This document shows positions 33,501 to 43,900 of a DNA stretch of 50,460 bases, one piece after another; position 1 is the first letter of the stretch; each line of letters begins with the position of its first letter. The stretch comes from Nemertoderma westbladi (lineage: Eukaryota; Animalia; Xenacoelomorpha): the NCBI GenBank assembly GCA_032718475.1, contig JAUCBJ010000680.1:1-50460 (forward strand). The letters are read 5' to 3'. The position numbers and the translations under genes are program-made. The notes beneath the pieces are model-generated. The model saw only the letters and a program-made list of their open reading frames with translations, did no database searches and had not been told where the DNA came from.

Positions 33501-34907
33501 GGTGTACAACGGTGGATGAAAGCGAATTATTACCGGTTTGTTTTTCGATAGGAGCTTCTTATCTCTACACGTGCAACTGGGCAAATACTAGGAAATAATT
33601 CATCTGTGTGAGATAGTGCCAAAGAAGGGTGATCCCTTCAATTAAACTTGACAGTGTTAATGTTAAAAATTGAAACAATATGCATTCAAAAGGGTGTGTT
33701 TAACCAAAACGTTTTGGAATATGAGGCCCTTATAAACTTACTTACGGTAATTGTCGGTACTTATAAACCTTTGAATAATATCTCGAAATAATGAAAGTAA
33801 TCAACTTGTTTATAACCGGTGGTGAATACATTTAACAGACAATAGATTTATTCAATGTGGCTGGGGTTTGCGTTGCAATGGCATCAACATAAAGAGATAA
33901 TATTAATAAATTAATTAATATATAAGATAATTAATACGATAATATATTAATTATATCTGAGTTGATTATTGTGAATTCGATTTATTTAATTTGTTAATTC
34001 TTATTTTCTTATTCCGATTATTTTAGGATAAACGAGGTTTTGAATATGGTTGGAACAAGGGAGGAGTTCGCTAAAACAATAGAGGGCGTAGAAGGTAATA
34101 CTGTACGCCTAGAAAGGGATGCTGAGACCTTGAAAGACAATGACCCTCTGCGTACAGAAGATGTTTACACCACTATGGAAAACGAAGTTAGTAATAAAAC
34201 AATAGTCGTACTTAAATACCTAAACATATTTCCTAGGTGATATTTAACCATGTTTCCACACTGTTGTGTAGACAATTAATTGTTCCATAATGTTCGAGGG
34301 ATTAGCTTTATTCCAATACTCAGTGTTGCAAAACTATTACTGGTCCAATATCATAAAAACAGGATGAGGACTAAAGGACAAGGATAATGACTGAAGAATG
34401 TATCTCTTGTCAATTTAAATATTATTTTAATTGAAATTCCAAATTAACGTAGCAGTTATAGTACCGGTAATATTAAATTATATATATAATTATAATATAA
34501 TTAAATATTACAAACAAGCTGATTATTTTTTAAATGTTCACCAACTATTTCAGGTCCATCAAGGTCTGATGGATCTCCGGGCGTTGAATCCCACCGCCGA
34601 TAAACTGTCCGCAGAAGGACGGGAAACCGATAAAAAGGCTATCCGATCGATAATCACGAATCTTACAGAAAGACTTCATAGATGTAAGCTGCTGATCCGC
34701 AGCTGTTTGGAGGATTGGAGTGATATCCAGAGGAATAGGGCGTCTGTACATGATCTCATTCAGGATCTTTCTGATTGGCTACAATCCCTGGAAGATAAGA
34801 TTACACACAAAGAAAAGTTGCCACTATCATCTCGCAGCGTCGAAGATAAACTGTCTTTGGGTGCGAAGTGGAGTAGAGAAATGGGACAACGGATGGAAAC
34901 ATTAGCT
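12444..34907 (+). CDS. Multi-exon spectrin-repeat cytoskeletal linker protein (nesprin/MSP-300/ANC-1-like); internal part, 17 exons, 4620 nt = 1540 codons
   Basis: All 17 exons have AG/GT borders and consecutive phases match. The translation is helical with spectrin-repeat signatures (F..WL..., e.g. FEVWLEAIE, VADWLNNS, FNNWVQG, LSDWLQSLE). No CH or KASH domain is in view, so orthology is not certain. Confidence 0.85.
12842..13006 (+). CDS. Spectrin-repeat gene exon 2
   Basis: cccaaaag|GTG...GAG|gttata, 165 nt, phase 0-0. Confidence 0.75.
13156..13296 (+). CDS. Spectrin-repeat gene exon 3 (IKGS...DCIE)
   Basis: cacttag|ATT...GAG|gtatgt, 141 nt, phase 0-0. Confidence 0.85.
14347..14541 (+). 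CDS. Spectrin-repeat gene exon 4
   Basis: tttcag|GAA...TGG|gtaaat, 195 nt, phase 0-0. Confidence 0.85.
14711..15325. mobile_element. Degenerate PIF/Harbinger-like MITE containing a nested inverted-repeat element
   Basis: Left end agaccggttcacagat vs reverse complement of right end agccgtgttcgcagat (12/16). Subterminal cttcgcg(g/c)tgaca on both arms. TAA flanks the left end only. Confidence 0.5.
14777..15220. mobile_element. Non-autonomous element with long subterminal inverted repeats (possibly Helentron/DINE-1-like)
   Basis: cacgtaagtccag..ttagcg..aattagtggacc (14795-14835) is mirrored at 15161-15208. Internal direct repeat ccctctagtggcagacaga / cccctagcggcagacaga. Its end cgtggctcgccccaca recurs at about 32556. 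Confidence 0.55.
15651..15914 (+). CDS. Spectrin-repeat gene exon 5
   Basis: ttcttcag|CAA...GAT|gtaagt, 264 nt, phase 0-0. Confidence 0.88.
16109..16287 (+). CDS. Spectrin-repeat gene exon 6
   Basis: caacag|ATT...AG|gtgaga, 179 nt, phase 0-2. Confidence 0.85.
16630..16723 (+). CDS. Spectrin-repeat gene exon 7
   Basis: ttccag|A TTG...CAG|gtagct, 94 nt, phase 2-0. Confidence 0.85.
16848..17059 (+). CDS. Spectrin-repeat gene exon 8
   Basis: ttttag|AAT...AG|gtaaaa, 212 nt, phase 0-2. Confidence 0.88.
17278..17487 (+). CDS. Spectrin-repeat gene exon 9
   Basis: atatag|G TTA...AG|gttagt, 210 nt, phase 2-2. Confidence 0.85.
17570..18020 (-). pseudogene. Eroded 3' fragment of an RTE-clade non-LTR retrotransposon
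   Basis: One minus frame reads RFTGHCFRREDQAVHNVLLWQSHGENNHGGQPMTF, like the RTE C-terminal R.AGHC.R....VLLW.P.G.R..G.P..T motif. An adjacent frame reads MLRRVHCVK..EHV..QTLY. Stops and frameshifts are present; boundaries are approximate. Confidence 0.6.
18198..18315 (+). CDS. Spectrin-repeat gene exon 10
   Basis: atatag|G GAA...CTC|gtgagt, 118 nt, phase 2-0. Confidence 0.85.
18836..19060 (+). CDS. Spectrin-repeat gene exon 11
   Basis: tttcag|TTG...GAG|gtgggt, 225 nt, phase 0-0. Confidence 0.85.
19175..20884 (+). CDS. Spectrin-repeat gene exon 12 (large, 570 codons)
   Basis: tttcag|GTA...CAG|gtaagg, 1710 nt, phase 0-0; several spectrin-like repeats. Confidence 0.92.
21958..22496. repeat. 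24-bp minisatellite (ctacacgctccgacaactgttacc)n, about 22 copies
   Basis: Direct reading; nearly homogeneous. Confidence 0.97.
22991..25606 (-). CDS. Intronless 871-aa putative RNA-binding protein: helical N-terminus, four 41-aa Q/P/H/G repeats, four cold-shock/OB-fold-like domains; nested antisense in host intron
   Basis: Long uninterrupted ORF with caaaATGG start context. Four units with TY.G...(K/Y)(F/Y)G(F/Y)I.P...(V/I)(Y/H)(F/V)...V.F, resembling CSD RNP1/RNP2 motifs (unit 3 is more divergent). Confidence 0.72.
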   Translation of the reverse strand: MAANHNVASNLDVGLVDQFSKMKDIYSSRLDINCSSKSQEIENNLTLVNTNYSRFLTFVEKECNSLADFDKETHLNKLHKILEMIVEKQIDILQEHISWYYCSTSLPSSEINHLQILYNLGSKLDSFVEIWTSELLEEAMSVLQITPKELTQILLRRCNYKGEWFRGPVKSQPSVQNVLKTSIVQAEGPASRPPNNPPPPTNIPLNMLQEGYQTLQCHAIPNTNMTLMQTPEVYQTQRIQPGLFQTHHVEQGMEQDHQFPLLPISHGAIQPVPSQSGNYMQPVPYPGHHVQQGVEQGHQFPLPPISHGAIQPVPSQSGNYMQPVPYPGHHVQQGVEQGHQFPLPPINHGAIQPVPFQSGNYMQPIPYPGHHVQQGVEQGQKFPLPSISHGTIQPVPPQSGTYMQPEPFPGHYLLQRVEHSLEFHQPPLRTMQHESDIQQFSNSLLVNHLEGLNARLKHTQLDHNKLHFATNLEEGCIMKENKTYSGHCLYLDVNNKFGFIEPTKLRETVVHFYTSKVHNNGYLLSLREGDAVIFQCKRTMDRNKPYVYEVTWVSVQGVDACCSGRSYEKPNIEEDTTYLGCCAFYIYKYGYILPLDSNNKVLCDCHSIYFIQSRIHINNYRWIGNLHYRQILFQYKYDSFGIRHATCVTIRGDTSCEIARNINMSQKDATATDNIPNGTVNVDLLKNGVTYNGRVLLVGKNYWFTIPEVNGMELCECYSMLTMPKDIHINGHRMTPENNTHVKFRFYTARLCERIRNRASIVTVAGDFNCRAAQMVNEGSGEVTNTLLDVTKTYNGLYYVNEYYPEYYGFIIPKIDGSELCKCYNVYVHRKDTSISDKVPVNIIDQAAHPVTFQFQYEETGNRVATWMELI
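24376..24868 (-). repeat. In-frame 123-bp coding tandem repeat x4 (GHHVQQGVEQGHQFPLPPISHGAIQPVPSQSGNYMQPVPYP)
   Basis: (a/g)tggtacaggttgtatag recurs at 24418, 24541, 24664 and 24787. Confidence 0.93.
27420..27743 (+). CDS. TIMM10B: Mitochondrial small Tim chaperone, Tim10B/Tim9b (FXC1) type
   Basis: Twin CX3C (CFSLC...CLNSC). MRTFMNLYNEIT and NQRLTLAFV...LQQQM resemble Tim10B (LRDFLLVYNRMT / NHRLMAAYV...VQRRI) more than Tim9. AATAAA lies just after the stop. Confidence 0.8.
   Translation: MNTTASQQRAELIKLQKKETEFQMRTFMNLYNEITSKCFSLCVNRFNRSSVEDSDEICLNSCVSRFAKLNQRLTLAFVDNNQKKLQQQMQEAAITSANSAAAFSNPV
27997..30336 (+). CDS. COG3: Conserved oligomeric Golgi complex subunit 3 (Sec34), intronless
   Basis: Recognisable COG3 motifs LSYFNELE, TLFYGKFRA.AP, RDHC.MVR.G.FMVH, HLETLAELC.ILK, QMLEDVQERLVYRT, PGDLAYPDKL.MME, ADIHGMWFPTVRRT..CLSKLYRC, LFLIKHLLILREQI, LYLANKETE. 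Apparently full length. Confidence 0.96.
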   Translation: MESPAVDLEKQRSILERLSLWDSKENPLAGLTESQRDDVSLLSSIISNTRLPGQLEPVSNATPSNQSQLTHKASLRIADELQEATNSDELHELAELRDSLGSSVDECEAMLTAVDAGLVRLSRLSRELAGVTASTTALHDDCDERVRQRGDLAASAESLAQRLSYFNELERLDQRLNSGGLSASSDGFLVALGRIDECVAFLRAHPEYRDSAVYLARFNQCLNKSLGLVKGYVETALVGATDALIKREGEATRSDNAVTLFYGKFRANAPRIKSLMERLERRDGCAAEYRAVLEECRTCYVSQRERLVRPSVVAAMGELASEHRRDHCTMVRTGAVFMVHLSRDEYQLYQHFFTRPCKRLDALLESLCAALYDIFRPMVIRVNHLETLAELCAILKDEMLENYVQRDPEELAALGNVFTQMLEDVQERLVYRTSIYTRTDILGYSPSPGDLAYPDKLLMMESIASSLNNRSNSLDSEGFESVSMSDSVVGQSSVSPADIHGMWFPTVRRTMVCLSKLYRCLDKSIFQGLSQEALSMCVVSLESASSRLVAERGTVHGRLFLIKHLLILREQISPFKAEFSIGETSIDFSHTASAVRGFWSHKRDGKLLALSSENAFLALLLEGSPQATEVRHDSRKQVDVHLKQSCLRFIDESSVGLVKELRDFVDKAKVIVELKKQGETGVCVKDQPWGSPETIHDLVASTSRNVKTKLPGLLSTMRLYLANKETELVLFRAIRSNVQSVYSDASRLVTDTYDEESVAIIGCPSVEELNLILSVSLFN
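30661..30908. mobile_element. MITE-like element with 27-bp inverted repeats
   Basis: gggtcaaaatcactaaaagtggccaaa (30661-30687) vs tttggccgcttttagtgattttgaccc (30882-30908), 1 mismatch; no clear TSD. Confidence 0.65.
30974..31276. mobile_element. PIF/Harbinger (Tourist-like) MITE
   Basis: TIRs agccccgttcgcatcc / aggcccgttcacatcc (14/16), TAA on both sides, internal (a/g)cggta repeats. Confidence 0.8.
31781..32399. mobile_element. Non-autonomous TIR DNA transposon (Harbinger-like TIRs)
   Basis: 25-bp TIRs ggggccgtgcacaaatgatgtgacg / ggggtcgtgcacaaatgatgtcacg (23/25), ATA on both flanks, subterminal poly-C and gtcac motifs. Confidence 0.82.
32618..32762 (+). CDS. Spectrin-repeat gene exon 13
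   Basis: ttgcag|CTG...TTA A|gtgagt, 145 nt, phase 0-1. Confidence 0.85.
33066..33213 (+). CDS. Spectrin-repeat gene exon 14
   Basis: gttag|GT AAC...AG|gtaggt, 148 nt, phase 1-2. Confidence 0.85.
33320..33475 (+). CDS. Spectrin-repeat gene exon 15
   Basis: attcag|G GAC...AG|gtttgt, 156 nt, phase 2-2. Confidence 0.85.
34027..34186 (+). CDS. Spectrin-repeat gene exon 16
   Basis: ttttag|G ATA...GAA|gttagt, 160 nt, phase 2-0. Confidence 0.82.
34554..34907 (+). CDS. Spectrin-repeat gene exon 17
   Basis: tttcag|GTC...GCT|gtgagt, 354 nt, phase 0-0. Confidence 0.88.
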
Positions 34908-37900
34908 GTGAGTCTCATGGCCGTGTACCATCTTTCCTTTCCCATTGTGTGTCCCGGTCGTGTACCATCCTTCCATACTCATTGTGTGTCCTTGTCGTGT
35001 ACCATTCTTCCTTACCCATTGTATGTCATGGTCGTGTCTCATCCTTCCTTTCCCATTGTGTGTCCTTGACGTGTACCATCCTTCCTTACCCATTGTGTGT
35101 CCTGGTCGTGTACCATCCTTCCTTACCCATTGTATGTCCTGGTCGTGTACCATCCTTCCTTACCCATTGTGTGTCCTGGTCGTGTACCATCCTTCCTTAC
35201 CCATTGTGTGTCCTTGACGTGTACCATCCTTCCTTACCCATTGTGTGTCCTTGACGTGTACCATCCTTTCTTACCCATTGTATGTCCTGGTCGTGTCTCA
35301 TCCTTCCTTTCCCATTGTGTGTCCTTGTCGTGCACCATCCTTCCTTACTCATTGTGTGTCCTGGTCGTGTACCATCCTTTCTTACCCATTGTATGTCCTG
35401 GTCGTGTCTCATCCTTCCTTTCCCATTGTGTGTCCTTGTCGTGTACCATCCTTCCTTACCCATTGTGTGGCCTTGTCGTGTACCATCCTTCCTTACCCAT
35501 TGTGTGTCCTTGACGTGTACCATCCTTCCTTTCCCATTGTGTGTCCTTGACGTGTACCATCCTTCCTTACCCATTGTGTGTCCTTGTCGTGTACCATCCT
35601 TCCTTACACATTGTGTGGCCTTGTCGTGTACCATCCTTCCTTACACATTGTGTGTCCTGGTCGTGTACCATGCTTCCTTACCCATTGTGTGTCCTGGTCG
35701 TGTACCATCCTTCCTTACCCATTGTGTGTCCTGGTCGTGTACCATCCTTCCTTTCCCATTGTGTGTCCTTGACGTGTACCATCCTTCCTTACCCATTGTG
35801 TGTCCTTGACGTGTACCATCCTTCCTTTCCCATTGTGTGTCCTGGTCGTGTACCATCCTTCCTTACCCATTGGGTGTCCTTGACGTGTACCATCCTTCCT
35901 TACCCATTGTGTGTCCTTGACGTGTACCATCCTTCCTTACCCATTGTGTGTCCTTGACGTGTACCATCCTTCCTTACCCATTGTGTGTCCTTGACGTGTA
36001 CCATCCTTCCTTACACATTGTGTGTCCTGGTCGTGTACCATCCTTCCTTACCTATTGTGTGTCCTGGTCGTGTACCATCCTTCCTTACCCATTGTGTGTC
36101 CTGGTCGTGTACCATCCTTCCTTTCCCATTGTGTGTCCTTGACGTGTACCATCCTTCCTTACCCATTGTGTGTCCTGGTCGTGTACCATGCTTCCTTACC
36201 CATTGTGTGTCCTGGTCGTGTACCATCCTTCCTTACCCATTGTGTGTCCTGGTCGTGTACCATCCTTCCTTTCCCATTGTGTGTCCTTGACGTGTACCAT
36301 CCTTCCTTACCCATTGTGTGTCCTTGACGTGTACCATCCTTCCTTTCCCATTGTGTGTCCTGGTCGTGTACCATCCTTCCTTACCCATTGGGTGTCCTTG
36401 ACGTGTACCATCCTTCCTTACCCATTGTGTGTCCTTGACGTGTACCATCCTTCCTTACCCATTGTGTGTCCTTGACGTGTACCATCCTTCCTTACCCATT
36501 GTGTGTCCTTGACGTGTACCATCCTTCCTTACCCATTGGGTGTCCTTGACGTGTACCATCCTTCCTTACCCATTGTGTGTCCTTGACGTGTACCATCCTT
36601 CCTTACCCATTGTGTGTCCTTGACGTGTACCATCCTTCCTTACCCATTGTGTGTCCTTGACGTGTACCATCCTTCCTTACCCATTGTGTGTCCTTGACGT
36701 GTACCATCCTTCCTTACCCATTGTGTGTCCTTGACGTGTACCATCCTTCCTTTCCCATTGTGTGTCCTGGTCGTGTACCATCCTTCCTTACCCATTGGGT
36801 GTCCTTGACGTGTACCATCCTTCCTTACCCATTGTGTGTCCTTGACGTGTACCATCCTTCCTTACCCATTGTGTGTCCTTGACGTGTACCATCCTTCCTT
36901 ACCCATTGTATGTCCTGGTCGTGTACCATCCTTCCTTACACATTGTGTGTCCTGGTCGTGTACCATCCTTCCTTACCTATTGTGTGTTCTTGTCGTGTAC
37001 CATCCTTCCTTACCCATTGTATGTCTGGTCGTGTCTCATCCTTCCTTAGCCATTGTGTGTCCTTGACGTGTACCATCCTTCCTTACCCATTGTGTGTCCT
37101 GGTCGTGTACCATCCTTCCTTACCCATTGTATGTCTGGTCGTGTCTCATCCTTCCTTAGCCATTGTATATCCTGGTCGTGTACCATCCTTCCTTACCCAT
37201 TGTGTGTCCCGGTCGTGTACCATCCTTCCTTGCCCATTGTGTGTCCTGGTCGTGTACCATCCTTCCTTACCCATTGTATGTCTGGTCGTGTCTCATCCTT
37301 CCTTAGCCATTGTGTGTCCTGGTCGTGTACCATCCTTCCTTACCCATTGTGTGTCCCGGTCGTGTACCATCCTTCCTTACCCATTGTGTGTCCTTGACGT
37401 GTACCATCCTTCCTTACCCATTGTGTGTCCTTGTCGTGTACCATCCTTCCTTACCCATTGTGTGTCCTTGTCATGTACCATCCTTCCTTACCCATTGTGT
37501 GTCCTTGTCATGTACCATCCTTCCTTACCCATTGTGTGTCCTTGTCGTGTACCATCCTTCCTTACCCATTGTGTGTCCTGGTCGTGTTCCATCCTTCCTT
37601 ACCCATTGTGTGTCCGTGACGTGTACCATCCTTCCTTACCCATTGTGTGTCCTTGACGTGTACCATCCTTCCTTACCCATTGTGTGTCCGTGACGTGTAC
37701 CATCCTTCCTTACCCATTGTGTGTCCGTGACGTGTACCATCCTTCCTTACCCATTGTGTGTCCGTGACGTGTACCATCCTTCCTTACTCATTGTGTGTCC
37801 TGGTCGTGTACCATCCTTCCTTACCCATTGTGTGTCCGTGACGTGTACCATCCTTCCTTACCCATTGTGTGTCCTTGACGTGTACCATCCCTCCTTACCC

Positions 37901-40900
37901 ATTGGGTGTCCTTGTCGTGTACCATCCTTCCTTACCCATTGTGTGTCCTTGTCGTGTACCATCCTTCCTTACCCATTGTGTGTCCTTACGTGTACCATCC
38001 TTCCTTACCCATTGTGTGTCCTTGTCGTGTACCATCCTTCCTTACCCATTGTGTGTCCTTGTCGTGTACCATCCTTCCTTACACATTGTGTGTCCTTGAC
38101 GTGTACCATCCTTCCTTTCCCATTGTGTGTCCTTGACGTGTACCATCCTTCCTTTCCCATTGTGTGTCCTTGACGTGTACCATCCTTCCTTACCCATTGT
38201 GTGTCCCTGTCGTGTCTCATCCTTCCTTACCCATTGTATGTCCTGGTCGCGTACCATCCTTCCTTACCCATTGTGTGTCCTTGACGTGTACCGTCCTTCC
38301 TTACCCATTGTGTGTCCCTGTCGTGTCTCATCCTTCCTTACTCATTGTGTGTCCTGGTCGCGTACCATCCTTCCTTACCCATTGTGTGTCCCTGTCGTGT
38401 CTCATCCTTCCTTACCCATTGTATGTCCTGGTCGCGTACCATCCTTCCTTACCCATTGTGTGTCCTTGACGTGTACCATCCTTCCTTACCCATTGTGTGT
38501 CATTGTCGTGTACCATCCTTCCTTACCCATTGTGTGTCCTTACGTGTACCATCCTTCCTTACCCATTGTGTGTCCTTGACGTGTACCATCCTTCCTTACC
38601 CATTGTGTGTCATTGTCGTGTACCATCCTTCCTTACCCATTGTGTGTCCTTACGTGTACCATCCTTCCTTACCCATTGTGTGTCCTTGACGTGTACCATC
38701 CTTCCTTACCCATTGTGTGTCCTTGACGTGTACCATCCTTCCTTACCCATTGTGTGTCCTTGACGTGTACCATCCTTCCTTACCCATTGTGTGTCCTTGA
38801 CGTGTACCTTCCTTCCTTACCCATTGTGTGTCCTTGTCGTGTACCATCCTTCCTTACCCATTGTGTGTCCCTGTCGTGTCTCATCCTTCCTTACTCATTG
38901 TGTGTCCTGGTCGCGTACCATCCTTCCTTACCCATTGTGTGTCATTGTCGTGTACCATCCTTCCTTACCCATTGTGTGTCCTTACGTGTACCATCCTTCC
39001 TTACCCATTGTGTGTCCTTGACGTGTATCATCCTTCCTTACCCATTGTGTGTCATTGACGTGTATCATCCTTCCTTACCCATTGTGTGTCATTGTCGTGT
39101 ACCATCCTTCCTTACACATTGGGTATCCTTGACGTGTACCTTCCTTCCTTACCCATTGTGTGTCCTTGTCGTGTACCATCCTTACTTACCCATTGTGTGT
39201 CCTTGTCGTGTCTCATCCTTCCTTAACCATTGTATGTCATGGTCGTGTACCATCCTTCCTTACCCATTGTGTGTCCTTGACGTGTACCATCCTTCCTTAC
39301 CCATTGTGTGTCCTTGACGTGTACCTTCCCTCCTTACCCTTTGTATGTCCTTGACGTGTACCATCCTTCCTTACCCATTGTGTGTCCTTGACGTGTACCA
39401 TCCTTCCTTACCCATTGTGTGTCCTTGACGTGTACCATCCTTCCTTACCCATTGTGTGTCCTTGACGTGTACCTTCCTTCTTTACCCATTGTGTGTCCTT
39501 GTCGTGTCTCATCCTTCCTTACCCATTGTGTGTCCTTGTCGTGTACCATCCTTCCTTACACATTGGGTATCCTTGACGTGTACCTTCCTTCCTTACCCAT
39601 TGTGTGTCCTTGTCGTGTACCATCCTTACTTACCCATTGTGTGTCCTTGTCGTGTCTCATCCTTCCTTAACCATTGTATGTCATGGTCGTGTACCATCCT
39701 TCCTTACCCATTGTGTGTCCTGGTCGTGTACCTTCCTTCCTTACCCATTGGGTATCCTTGACGTGTACCTTCCTTCCTTACCCTTTGTATGTCCTTGACG
39801 TGTACCATCCTTCCTTACCCATTGTGTGTCCTTGACGTGTACCTTCCTTCCTTACCCATTGTGTGTCCTTGTCGTGTACCATCCTTCCTTACCCATTGTG
39901 TGTCCTTAACGTGTACCATCCTTCCTTACCCATTGTATGTCCTGGTCGTGTCTCATCCTTCCTTTCCCATTGTGTGTCCTGGTCGTGTACCATCCTTCCT
40001 TACCCATTGTGTGTCCTTGTCGTGTACCATCCTTCCTTACCCATTGTGTGTCCTTGACGTGTACCATCCTTCCTTACCCATTGTGTGTCCTTGACGTGTA
40101 CCATCCTTCCTTACCCATTGTATGTCCTGGTCGTGTCTCATCCTTCCTTTCCCATTGTGTGTCCTGGTCGTGTCTCATCCTTCCTTTCCCATTGTGTGTC
40201 CTGGTCGTGTACCATCCTTCCTTACCCATTGTGTGTCCTTGTCGTGTACCATCCTTCCTTACCCATTGTGTGTCCTTGACGTGTACCATCCTTCCTTACC
40301 CATTGTGTGTCCTTGACGTGTACCATCCTTCCTTACCCATTGTGTGTCCTGGTCGTGTACCATCCTTCCTTACCCATTGTGTGTCCTTGACGTGTACCAT
40401 CCTTCCTTACCCATTGTATGTCCTGGTCGTGTCTCATCCTTCCTTTCCCATTGTGTGTCCTGGTCGTGTCTCATCCTTCCTTTCCCATTGTGTGTCCTGG
40501 TCGTGTACCATCCTTCCTTACCCATTGTGTGTCCTTGTCGTGTACCATCCTTCCTTACCCATTGTGTGTCCTTGACGTGTACCATCCCTCCTTACCCATT
40601 GTGTGTCCTTGACGTGTACCATCCTTCCTTACCCATTGTGTGTCCTGGTCGTGTACCATCCTTCCTTACCCATTGTGTGTCCTTGACGTGTACCATCCTT
40701 CCTTACCCATTGTGTGTCCTTGACGTGTACCATCCTTCCTTACCCATTGTGTGTCCTTGACGTGTACCATCCTTCCTTACCCATTGTGTGTCCTTGTCGT
40801 GTACCATCCTTCCTTACCCATTGTGTGTCCTTGTCGTGTACCATCCTTCCTTACCCATTGTGTGTCCTTGACGTGTACCATCCTTCCTTACCCATTGTGT

Positions 40901-43900
40901 GTCCTTGACGTGTACCATCCTTCCTTACCCATTGTGTGTCCTTGACGTGTACCATCCTTCCTTACCCATTGTGTGTCCTTGACGTGTACCATCCTTCCTT
41001 ACCCATTGTGTGTCCTGGTCGTGTACCATCCTTCCTTACCCATTGTGTGTCCTTGTCGTGTACCATCCTTCCTTACCCATTGTGTGTCCTTGACGTGTAC
41101 CATCCTTCCTTACCCATTGTGTGTCCTGGTCGTGTACCATCCTTCCTTACCCATTGTATGTCCTGGTCGTGTCTCATCCTTCCTTTCCCATTGTGTGTCC
41201 TGGTCGTGTACCATCCTTCCTTACCCATTGTATGTCCTGGTCGTGTCTCATCCTTCCTTTCCCATTGTGTGTCCTGGTCGTGTACCATCCTTCCTTACCC
41301 ATTGTGTGTCCTTGTCGTGTACTCATCCTTCCTTTCCCATTGTGTGTCCTGGTCGTGTACCATCCTTCCTTACCCATTGTGTGTCCTTGTCGTGTACCAT
41401 CCTTCCTTTCCCATTGTGTGTCCTGGTCGTGTACCATCCTTCCTTACCCATTGTGTGTCCTTGACGTGTACCATCCTTCCTTACCCATTGTGTGTCCTTG
41501 ACGTGTACCATCCTTCCTTACCCATTGTGTGTCCTGGTCGTGTACCATCCTTCCTTACCCATTGTGTGTCCTGGTCGTGTACCATCCTTCCTTACCCATT
41601 GTATGTCCTGGTCGTGTCTCATCCTTCCTTTCCCATTGTGTGTCCTGGTCGTGTACCATCCTTCCTTACCCATTGTGTGTCCTTGTCGTGTACCATCCTT
41701 CCTTACCCATTGTGTGTCCTTGACGTGTACCATCCTTCCTTACCCATTGTGTGTCCTTGACGTGTACCATCCTTCCTTACCCATTGTGTGTCCTGGTCGT
41801 GTACCATCCTTCCTTACCCATTGTGTGTCCTTGACGTGTACCATCCTTCCTTACCCATTGTGTGTCCTTGACGTGTACCATCCTTCCTTACCCATTGTGT
41901 GTCCTTGACGTGTACCATCCTTCCTTACCCATTGTGTGTCCTTGTCGTGTACCATCCTTCCTTACCCATTGTGTGTCCTTGTCGTGTACCATCCTTCCTT
42001 ACCCATTGTGTGTCCTTGACGTGTACCATCCTTCCTTACCCATTGTGTGTCCTTGACGTGTACCATCCTTCCTTACCCATTGTGTGTCCTTGACGTGTAC
42101 CATCCTTCCTTACCCATTGTGTGTCCTTGACGTGTACCATCCTTCCTTACCCATTGTGTGTCCTGGTCGTGTACCATCCTTCCTTACCCATTGTGTGTCC
42201 TTGTCGTGTACCATCCTTCCTTACCCATTGTGTGTCCTTGACGTGTACCATCCTTCCTTACCCATTGTGTGTCCTGGTCGTGTACCATCCTTCCTTACCC
42301 ATTGTGTGTCCTTGACGTGTACCATCCTTCCTTACCCATTGTGTGTCCTGGTCGTGTACCATCCTTCCTTACCCATTGTGTGTCCTTGTCGTGTACCATC
42401 CTTCCTTACCCATTGTGTGTCCTTGTCGTGTACCATCCTTCCTTACCCATTGTGTGTCCTTGACGTGTACCATCCTTCCTTACCCATTGTGTGTCCTTGA
42501 CGTGTACCATCCTTCCTTACCCATTGTGTGTCCTTGACGTGTACCATCCTTCCTTACCCATTGTGTGTCCTGGTCGTGTACCATCCTTCCTTACCCATTG
42601 TGTGTCCTTGTCGTGTACCATCCTTCCTTACCCATTGTGTGTCCTTGACGTGTACCATCCTTCCTTACCCATTGTGTGTCCTTGTCGTGTACCATCCTTC
42701 CTTACCCATTGTGTGTCCTTGACGTGTACCATCCTTCCTTACCCATTGTGTGTCCTGGTCGTGTACCATCCTTCCTTACCCATTGTGTGTCCTTGACGTG
42801 TACCATCCTTCCTTACCCATTGTGTGTCCTTGACGTGTACCATCCTTCCTTACCCATTGTGTGTCCTTGACGTGTACCATCCTTCCTTACCCATTGTGTG
42901 TCCTTGTCGTGTACCATCCTTCCTTACCCATTGTGTGTCCTTGTCGTGTACCATCCTTCCTTACCCATTGTGTGTCCTTGACGTGTACCATCCTTCCTTA
43001 CCCATTGTGTGTCCTTGACGTGTACCATCCTTCCTTACCCATTGTGTGTCCTTGACGTGTACCATCCTTCCTTACCCATTGTGTGTCCTTGACGTGTACC
43101 ATCCTTCCTTACCCATTGTGTGTCCTTGACGTGTACCATCCTTCCTTACCCATTGTGTGTCCTTGACGTGTACCATCCTTCCTTACCCATTGTGTGTCCT
43201 GGTCGTGTACCATCCTTCCTTACCCATTGTGTGTCCTTGACGTGTACCATCCTTCCTTACCCATTGTGTGTCATGGTCGTGTCTCATCCTTCCTTTCCCA
43301 TTGTGTGTCCTTGACGTGTACCATCCTTCCTTACCCATTGTGTGTCCTGGTCGTGTACCATCCTTCCTTACCCATTGTGTGTCCTGGTCGTGTACCATCC
43401 TTCCTTACCCATTGTGTGTCCTTGTCGTGTACCATCCTTCCTTACCCATTGTGTGTCCTTGACGTATACCATCCTTCCTTACCCATTGTGTGTCCTGGTC
43501 GTGTACCATCCTTCCTTACCCATTGTGTGTCCTGGTCGTGTACCACCTTTCCTTACCCATTGTGTGTCCTTGTCGTGTACCATCCTTCCTTACCCATTGT
43601 GTGTCCTTGACGTGTACCGTCCTTCCTTACCCATTGTGTGTCCTTGACGTGTACCATCCTTCCTTACCCATTGTGTGTCCTGGTCGTGTACCATCCTTCC
43701 TTACCCATTGTGTGTCCTTGTCGTGTACCATCCTTCCTTACCCATTGTGTGTCCTGGTCGTGTACCATCCTTCCTTTCCCATTGTGTATCCTTGACGTGT
43801 ACCATCCTTCCTTACCCATTGTGTGTCCTTGACGTGTACCATCCTTCCTTACACATTGTGTGTCCTTGACGTGTACCATCCTTCCTTACCCATTGTGTGT

